Below, in pieces: positions 1-5,701 of a stretch of 10,779 bases of DNA. The stretch's first letter is position 1. Each line of letters starts with the position of its first letter. The notes under the pieces were generated by a model. The model was not told where the DNA came from. It saw only the letters and a list, made by a program, of their open reading frames with translations, and did no database searches. The stretch is from Fidelibacterota bacterium (GTDB lineage Bacteria > Fidelibacterota > Marinisomatia > Marinisomatales > S15-B10). Where the stretch lies: the NCBI GenBank assembly GCA_002729175.1, contig PBTS01000041.1, forward strand, positions 2,591 to 13,369, given 5' to 3'. Made by a program: the position numbers and the translations under genes.

Positions 1-333
1 AGCGCCGCACTGTCGCCTGAAAACATGGACGCGATCGTCGAAGAAGCGGCCCGTATAGCCAAACGGAATAACGTCGAAATCTACCGGGAAAACGACTTCC
101 TGGTGACGGACCTGTTCCCCGCATCCATTACAGAAGGTAAACATGTGCTGGTGATATACAAGGGAGAGACAAGACAGGAATATCTGGACCTTAAAATACG
201 AAAGGGACAACTGGTCGCATCAAACCAATATACCGGTGAAGCCCGTAAAGAAATTGCCCGCCAATTTGGTGCGATGCTGAGTTACCCCGAGTGGAAGATA
301 GACGGACTGATCGGTAATAATAGTTCCGGGTGA
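1..333 (+). CDS. Hypothetical protein, C-terminal part (5'-truncated by the window edge)
   Basis: Frame 1 is open from base 1 (SAALSPENMDAIVEE...) to TGA at 331-333, so the ATG at 25 is probably internal. The composition is protein-like, but I recognise no functional motif. Confidence 0.7.
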   Translation, partial: SAALSPENMDAIVEEAARIAKRNNVEIYRENDFLVTDLFPASITEGKHVLVIYKGETRQEYLDLKIRKGQLVASNQYTGEARKEIARQFGAMLSYPEWKIDGLIGNNSSG

Positions 334-388
334 AAAGTTCCGCGTTTCAAACTGTGATCTGGAATTCAAACAACTCGGAACTTTTCAC
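330..388. repeat. Inverted repeat spanning the gap between two convergent genes (bidirectional terminator or small MITE/REP-like element)
   Basis: GTGAAAAGTTCCG (330-342) and CGGAACTTTTCAC (376-388) are perfect 13-bp reverse complements. They extend inward by GTT/AAC after one mismatch. Confidence 0.75.
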
Positions 389-1374
389 TGTTCTTTCAAT
401 ATCTTCAACAGCTCTTCATTCACCGGAACATCATTAAACACATCCCATTCTATATAATATCCTTCGGGATCGTAGCCGACAAACGCACGGTATTCCGGAC
501 TCCCATCTTCAATCTTTAGGGAACGCATCTTAATGGCTTCGTGGGTGCTGGCGTAGGCGTACCAATCGTCGAGACTATCCGTCCAGAATGACATTGTTAC
601 GGCCTTCTGCTCCGTGAAGTTATGCATGCCGCGTTGTTCGTCGACCAGACCGAAATAGCCAGACGGCGAAATGGGATAGATCTTCGCCCACCCCTGATCC
701 ACGATCAGATCGAAGCCCATCACGTCCTCATAAAAACGCTGAATACCTTCCATATCCTTGTAATAGAACCAGACCACGGTGGCCTTAAAACCAAGCCCCG
801 GCGGGACAGTTGAATTCTGATCGCTTGGCGGAAAAATAGTGGGCGATTTATCCAGTACAGGGCTCAACTTTTTATTTTCCTCATGGATGTTAAACCGTTC
901 GAATTCAAGAAAATATCCTTCGGGATCAATCACGACAAAGCCGTGATGAGGCCGTCCTTCTTCAGGATTGTAAGGAGACTTGATTTCGACATCCTGTTTC
1001 TCGATATAATCCCACCACTCATCCAACTGATCCGTTATCAGGGCAATCGCCACGCTTTTGGGCTCACTGGACTTGTGCATCCCTTTGGTTTCATCAACCA
1101 GTGTTATGAACGAAGTCGGCGCGACCTGAAGAATCTTGGCAAACCCATAATCTGCAGCAACGTTCAACCCTAGTGTCTCAGTATAAAATTGGGTTGCCCG
1201 AGCAAGGTTGGTATAATAGAAAAAAACATTACTGGCCGTCATACCGAAATCATTCATAGGATTTACGGTCACGTGGTATTCTCCTTTTTCATTCCGTCCT
1301 CCCTCATACTGTATTCTTGAAGCACAGGATGCCAGAAACAGGGTGAGTATCATTAGCAGCAGGTACTTTTTCAT
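385..1374 (-). CDS. Tandem VOC (glyoxalase/bleomycin-resistance fold) domain lipoprotein
   Basis: Two homologous halves (FYYTNLARATQFYTETLGL...FVVIDPEGYFLEF and FYYKDMEGIQRFYEDVMGF...FVGYDPEGYYIEW) carry the VOC signatures FY..xLG and DPEG..xE. The N-terminus is MKK, a hydrophobic stretch and lipobox LASC (Cys17). Confidence 0.88.
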   Translation of the reverse strand: MKKYLLLMILTLFLASCASRIQYEGGRNEKGEYHVTVNPMNDFGMTASNVFFYYTNLARATQFYTETLGLNVAADYGFAKILQVAPTSFITLVDETKGMHKSSEPKSVAIALITDQLDEWWDYIEKQDVEIKSPYNPEEGRPHHGFVVIDPEGYFLEFERFNIHEENKKLSPVLDKSPTIFPPSDQNSTVPPGLGFKATVVWFYYKDMEGIQRFYEDVMGFDLIVDQGWAKIYPISPSGYFGLVDEQRGMHNFTEQKAVTMSFWTDSLDDWYAYASTHEAIKMRSLKIEDGSPEYRAFVGYDPEGYYIEWDVFNDVPVNEELLKILKEQ

Positions 1375-1376
1375 TT

Positions 1377-1393
1377 TTTTCAGCTGCTGAAAA
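1377..1393. repeat. Short palindrome immediately upstream of the VOC gene start
   Basis: TTTTCAGC-T-GCTGAAAA has 8-bp arms and ends 2 nt before the minus-strand ATG at 1374. Confidence 0.5.
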
Positions 1394-1523
1394 CCCTCTT
1401 ATAAGGGCGAGTTGATCTCACCGCATCTGCTTCATTATGACTCATTAATGGTGGGGTGCCCAGCTTCATAAGCCAATGTCTTACATCTGCGACAACCTTC
1501 GACTCTCGAATAATCCAAGTGTA

Positions 1524-2606
1524 TTAATAGAATATTCCTGTGACTTTTGTTGAATAACCACCGACTACACATTCCTTCCAGGAAGTTGAGGGGGAAATGT
1601 TTCCGCATGAGAGGCTGTGGGCGCGGTCTGAATCAGTCCAGAGTGTTTTAGCCACCCATTTCCCGTTTTTCAAAGAAATCATAATGACATTTTTCGAGTA
1701 GCCGAAGATGACCACTTCATTGCCAGGCAAGTTAGGCTGGATGTTGTCTACTGCTACACCTCGCAGTCCGTCGTTATCTCTGAATATTTCTTCAGAACTC
1801 CAGACCCCTTCTTCCTGTTTCAACAAATATGTACCCCCTTCATCACCCACAATAACAACCTCAGGTCCCGGGATATTTCCAAGGATTTCACCCGCTGCAA
1901 CCCGCCCCAGTGCCTCTGAGGATTCGTTGATTATCTTGGTCTTCCAATTACCGTTTTCTACATATACCTGTATGACTTTACCTGAGGTACCGACCACAAG
2001 TGCTTCCAGTCCCGGGTGAGTCCCGTCAAAATCTCCAATAACTGTATCCCTCAGACGGCCTGTGTCTTTGAGAAGAAGAGAGGATTCCCAGTCCTCATCT
2101 TTAAAAAGAACAAAGAGATTCCCATCCTCATCCACAGCCACCACTTCCTGAGAGGAATAGGCTGCATTGAGTTCTGCTACTGAGAGGCCATGAATGGAAC
2201 CTCCTTTGTCAAATATTGTCTGGTGTTTCTTGGTATCAAACTGGATTAATTCCACATGGCCTTTCTCACCTCCGACTATGATCTCTCTGCCCGGATGGGC
2301 GGCATCCAATTCACCGACGGCCGCTCCTGTAAGAGATTTAGTGTCAACCCAGAGAATATCGTTTGCCCACTGACCAGCGGACTCATATATATAGACCACT
2401 TCACCATTTGAAGCTACAGAAATGATTTCGTCTCCGCTATGCTCGGGATCGATATCGGCAACGATGACTCTCTGGATCTTTTCTTCACTCTCCCAAAGGG
2501 TCTTGGCTTTCCAGTTTTGTGGCGCCTCCTGTCTCTGTGTCTGTATTTGTGGGACGCAGGATGCCACAAACAGGGTGAATATCAATAGCGGCAGCAGTTT
2601 TTTCAT
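1524..2606 (-). CDS. FG-GAP/VCBS-like repeat beta-propeller lipoprotein (7 repeats)
   Basis: Lipobox VASC (Cys17) and SD-like GAAGGA just upstream. Seven repeats of about 45-48 aa: VADIDPEHSGDEII, VGELDAAHPGREII, VAELNAAYSSQEVV, IGDFDGTHPGLEAL, AGEILGNIPGPEVV, VDNIQPNLPGNEVV, CGNISPSTSWKECV. Confidence 0.8.
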   Translation of the reverse strand: MKKLLPLLIFTLFVASCVPQIQTQRQEAPQNWKAKTLWESEEKIQRVIVADIDPEHSGDEIISVASNGEVVYIYESAGQWANDILWVDTKSLTGAAVGELDAAHPGREIIVGGEKGHVELIQFDTKKHQTIFDKGGSIHGLSVAELNAAYSSQEVVAVDEDGNLFVLFKDEDWESSLLLKDTGRLRDTVIGDFDGTHPGLEALVVGTSGKVIQVYVENGNWKTKIINESSEALGRVAAGEILGNIPGPEVVIVGDEGGTYLLKQEEGVWSSEEIFRDNDGLRGVAVDNIQPNLPGNEVVIFGYSKNVIMISLKNGKWVAKTLWTDSDRAHSLSCGNISPSTSWKECVVGGYSTKVTGIFY

Positions 2607-2629
2607 TTTCCTTCCCCCAAAAAATTATA

Positions 2630-3307
2630 TCACGATGTGGGTGCTTCTTTCATCCCGCTGTGTTTCTTTTCTTCTTTGATGTCTTTCATTTCTTCTATAC
2701 GCAGTACCACATTGCCTGTAGGATCGGGACAGAGCACGTGTGAGTCCTCCTTCATCCAGTCGCCGTCCTCGAGGGCGCGCTGCTTGGCCGGAAGAAGCGG
2801 CAGGGCGGCCTGCAGGGCGTAGAGACAGAAGTGACAGCCCTCCGGGATGTAGAGCCGTCCGCTGCGCAATTGAAAAGAATCTCCGGGCTCCATTCGGGAT
2901 GTACAATGTCCCTTGAACGATTCCACCTCGATGCGCAGAGTTTTCAGACCCTCTTCTTCGGAGGGGATGCTGTTGATTGTCTTCGGCGCCTGATGTTCCG
3001 CCTCTTCTCGATCATTCCTATCGACGTTTCCGGTCCGTTCGATCTTAAAGATCACGCGGCCCTTAGGGTCGGGACACTGGGCGTGATGCACCCGCCACAT
3101 CCAGTCTTCATCCTGTTCTTCAGTGATTTCACGTTCTTTCGGAGTGATCAACGGCATCAAGCTCTGCAGGGCCCACAGGCATATGTAGCCGCCCTCGGGG
3201 ATCTGGATGTCGCCGTCGCTCACCGTGAAATAGTCGCCCGACTTCATGGCAGGTTCTGCCGTACACTCGCCCATCACCTTTTTAACGGTCACCTTCAGTT
3301 CATACAT
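2630..3307 (-). CDS. TIGR04076-like protein with two tandem Cys-rich domains
   Basis: Two copies of the pattern L.V.V....G.C...GD.F...IPEG...CLxAL...P...K.R...DWM...CPDP.G.V...IE, each with three conserved Cys. A good SD (AAGGAG) precedes the ATG at 3307. Confidence 0.8.
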   Translation of the reverse strand: MYELKVTVKKVMGECTAEPAMKSGDYFTVSDGDIQIPEGGYICLWALQSLMPLITPKEREITEEQDEDWMWRVHHAQCPDPKGRVIFKIERTGNVDRNDREEAEHQAPKTINSIPSEEEGLKTLRIEVESFKGHCTSRMEPGDSFQLRSGRLYIPEGCHFCLYALQAALPLLPAKQRALEDGDWMKEDSHVLCPDPTGNVVLRIEEMKDIKEEKKHSGMKEAPTS

Positions 3308-3535
3308 GATGGCTCCTTTATAGACAGCATGATCTGCGGGAGAACAAAAAAATAAAACAATTGCTGGTTTGGCACCTTCATAATTCTTGCTCTACAAGGT
3401 GTGTGCCCTTTTCATTTTATCAGGTACCCGGGTCTATTGTTGATCCGGTTGAGAGCATTAGGTTGAAGGTCTAGATTGAAATTGAAGTGTGTCCACATTT
3501 AGGTATTATATGTTTTAATTTGACTCTCTTTGGCT

Positions 3536-3564
3536 AACCTAAGGCTAGATAACGGGAAAGTCAA
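3536..3564 (-). promoter_or_regulatory. Putative sigma70 promoter facing the leftward gene cluster
   Basis: The minus strand reads TTGACT (3564-3559), a 17-nt spacer and TAGGTT (3541-3536). The -35 is a 5/6 match and the -10 fits TAnnnT. Confidence 0.4.
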
Positions 3565-3578
3565 CTATCGACAGTATA

Positions 3579-3608
3579 TAAAGAATAAACCCCTCATTAA
3601 GAGGGGTT
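3579..3608 (-). terminator. Rho-independent terminator downstream of the tRNA fragment
   Basis: Perfect 8-bp inverted repeat AACCCCTC-ATTAA-GAGGGGTT (3588-3608). On the minus strand the GC stem is followed by TTTATTCTTT. Confidence 0.7.
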
Positions 3609-3617
3609 AATCCGGTG

Positions 3618-3643
3618 TGTGCCCGATAGGATTCGAACCTGTG
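3618..3643 (-). mobile_element. Isolated tRNA 3' fragment (T-arm and acceptor 3' strand), probable att-site scar
   Basis: The minus strand reads C-ACAGG-TTCGAAT-CCTAT-CGGGCAC-A: a T-stem with one mismatch, a canonical T-loop, a 7-nt acceptor strand and a discriminator. No complementary 5' acceptor strand (GTGCCCG), D-arm or anticodon arm is found upstream. Confidence 0.65.
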
Positions 3644-3733
3644 GGAACGGCTTCAAAGGACCTTGATATACTAAGGAGGATACTACTCTTGTGTCCCCCA
3701 AAAAGGAAAACTAATTTCGGAAACTCCTGATTC

Positions 3734-4495
3734 ATGTTCGATATTATTCATAGCTATTCACTGCAACTGCCAGAATTATCACTGATCTTTCTTAGCGCTG
3801 TGGCTATTGGCATGGCAAAGACAGGTTTGGGCGGTTTCGGTATGCTGACGGTAGCGATCATGGCGGACATTTTCGGGGCTAAGCCTTCAACAGGTATTGT
3901 CCTTATTCTTCTGATATTTGCTGATTTCTTTGGTGTCTGGTTTTATCACAGGCATGCCAATATAAAAATGATCCTGAAACTTTCGCCCAGTACGATTTTT
4001 GGTATATTGCTGGGGATTGTCATTGGAGACAGAATCAGTGATGTTCAGTTCACGGTTCTGTTGGCGGGAATACTGATCCTCAGTGCGTTGGTCATGGGGG
4101 CAAACCTAAACAATAATCTAAAAGTCAAACCGAGCTTTTCACTCTCATTTATCACTGGTTCTGTAGCAGGCATTTCAACAATGATCGGCAATTCGGCCGG
4201 ACCTATCATGTCTATCTACTTTCTTGCTATGGGTTTAAAGAAAAACAGTTTCATCGGCACCGGCGCCTGGTTTTTCCTGTTTGTGAATCTGTTCAAACTC
4301 CCTTTTCACATATTCATCTGGGAGACTATCAATGTAAAAACTTTCTTGTTTGATCTGGTCCTTATTCCTGCCATTGTTCTTGGTGCCTTTGCTGGGGTCT
4401 GGATCGTAAAAAAAATCCCCGAAAAGCCGTACCGTGTGATCATTATCGTCTCAGTGGTGTTGGGCGCTCTTCAAATGAGCCTGAAGAGTTTTTAG
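3734..4495 (+). CDS. Sulfite exporter TauE/SafE (TSUP/DUF81) family membrane protein
   Basis: 253 aa, highly hydrophobic with about 8 TM segments. Motifs GMAKTGLGGFG and GISTMIGNSAGPIMSIY...FIGTGAWFFLFVNLFKLPF are typical of this family. Confidence 0.88.
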   Translation: MFDIIHSYSLQLPELSLIFLSAVAIGMAKTGLGGFGMLTVAIMADIFGAKPSTGIVLILLIFADFFGVWFYHRHANIKMILKLSPSTIFGILLGIVIGDRISDVQFTVLLAGILILSALVMGANLNNNLKVKPSFSLSFITGSVAGISTMIGNSAGPIMSIYFLAMGLKKNSFIGTGAWFFLFVNLFKLPFHIFIWETINVKTFLFDLVLIPAIVLGAFAGVWIVKKIPEKPYRVIIIVSVVLGALQMSLKSF

Positions 4496-4602
4496 GATTG
4501 ATGAGGATGAGTTTGCGTATCTATCAAGCGAAGTAAAACTATATTATGGTGCATCAGACACTCATATTAGACTGGCAATATCTACAATAAAGGAATTGAT
4601 CG

Positions 4603-5658
4603 ATGCGTGTTTTGCTTAAGCTTGTTCTCTTTTTTCCCATAATTTCAGGACAGCAATTGTCAACGCCTAAAATTAAATATGCACCAAGGTCCTACGTTTG
4701 TTATAAAGTATCTGCACCGATTGTGGTCGATGGAAAAATCAATGACGTGTCATGGCAAAAAGCTAACTGGTCAGAATCATTCGTTGATATTGAAGGAGAT
4801 CTAAAACCAAATCCATTTTTCGATACTAAAGTCAAAATGTTATGGGATGAGAATTATTTCTATTTTGGTGCACAAATGGAAGAGCCCCATGTATGGGCGA
4901 CCCTGAAAGACAGGGATGCCATTATTTATAAGGATAATGATTTTGAAATATTCCTAGATCCCGATGGTGATACGCACCACTACTATGAACTGGAAGTCAA
5001 TGCTTTGGAAACAGAGTGGGATCTGCTCTTATTAAAACCTTATCGTGACCAAGCGAAAGTTGCTGTGGATTCCTGGGATATCCCGGGCCTTATCACAAAG
5101 GTTTATGTGGATGGAACTATAAATAACCCATCAGATAAAGATCGAGGTTGGATTGTAGAGATCGCCATCCCTTGGAAAGCACTGGAGGAGTGCGCTCCAA
5201 ATTTCCATCCCCAAGAAGGTGAACAATGGAAGGTCAATTTTTCCCGAGTTCATTGGGAAACCAACATTGAAAATGGCCAATACCTCAAAACTAAACTACC
5301 TGCGTACAATTGGGTCTGGTCACCCCAAGGAATTATTGCCATGCATTATCCAGAAATGTGGGGATTGGTGCAATTTACAGAAACGATTGTGGGGGAAGAA
5401 CTGGTAAAAATTCAGGCAAATGAACTGGATCAGATCAAATGGGCACTCCGCCAATTATATTACCGCGAGAGAAGCCACTTTGAAAGCTATGGTGATTTCA
5501 CAACTTCATTAAAAAAATTAGAGCTCATTGAAACACCCGTTGCTGATGTCCCCTGGCCGCCACAATTATCTTTAACACCTTCCGGCTGGGAAGCATTCAT
5601 TAAAAAGGACGGACAGAAAGTCTTTATCCGAAAAGACGGAAAAGTATGGTTAGAATGA
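4603..5658 (+). CDS. Carbohydrate-binding family 9-like (CBM9/DOMON-like) protein, probably exported
   Basis: Motifs PIVVDGKINDVSW, TKVKMLWDENYFY, DNDFEIFLDPDGD...YYELEVNAL, WIVEIAIPW, WKVNFSR and MHYPEMWG. Short hydrophobic N-terminus, with SD AAGGA upstream. Confidence 0.88.
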   Translation: MRVLLKLVLFFPIISGQQLSTPKIKYAPRSYVCYKVSAPIVVDGKINDVSWQKANWSESFVDIEGDLKPNPFFDTKVKMLWDENYFYFGAQMEEPHVWATLKDRDAIIYKDNDFEIFLDPDGDTHHYYELEVNALETEWDLLLLKPYRDQAKVAVDSWDIPGLITKVYVDGTINNPSDKDRGWIVEIAIPWKALEECAPNFHPQEGEQWKVNFSRVHWETNIENGQYLKTKLPAYNWVWSPQGIIAMHYPEMWGLVQFTETIVGEELVKIQANELDQIKWALRQLYYRERSHFESYGDFTTSLKKLELIETPVADVPWPPQLSLTPSGWEAFIKKDGQKVFIRKDGKVWLE

Positions 5659-5701
5659 ATTTATCTGTATTGACTGGCTAATTGTTTTGGACTTCCAACA
5701 A

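Noticed and set aside
622..1173. Plus-strand ORFs 622-813 and 883-1173
   Set aside because: Antisense shadows of the well-supported VOC gene, with no recognisable motifs.
1380..1523. 47 open codons continuing in frame after the propeller gene's TAA (possible read-through or premature stop)
   Set aside because: The seventh repeat is complete at the stop and the extension has no repeat similarity. An open stretch of this length is not rare by chance.
1708..3355. Alternative ORFs 1708-2019, 2422-2679, 2625-2906, 2637-2822 and 2831-3355
   Set aside because: They overlap stronger genes on the opposite strand or in another frame and have shadow-like composition.
3489..3518. dif/Xer-like site (CCACATTTAGGTATTATATGTTTTAA)
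   Set aside because: The CAT...ATG spacing is one base longer than in dif, and the XerD arm TTATGTTAAAT is poorly matched.
3308..3530. Possible riboswitch or leader peptide in the long leader (e.g. a 28-codon minus-strand ORF MWTHFNF...)
   Set aside because: No recognisable aptamer consensus, no SD and no attenuator structure.
3618..3700. Complete tRNA gene
   Set aside because: Only the T-arm and 3' acceptor strand are present. No 5' acceptor, D-arm or anticodon arm can be folded.
2613..3704. Repeat TCCCCCAAAAA at 2613-2623 and 3694-3704
   Set aside because: Low-complexity homopolymer runs with no extended similarity.
5659..5701. Terminator between the convergent CBM9-like and symporter genes
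   Set aside because: Only a weak AT-rich imperfect repeat (TTGTTTTGGA/TCCAACAA) is present, which is not convincing.
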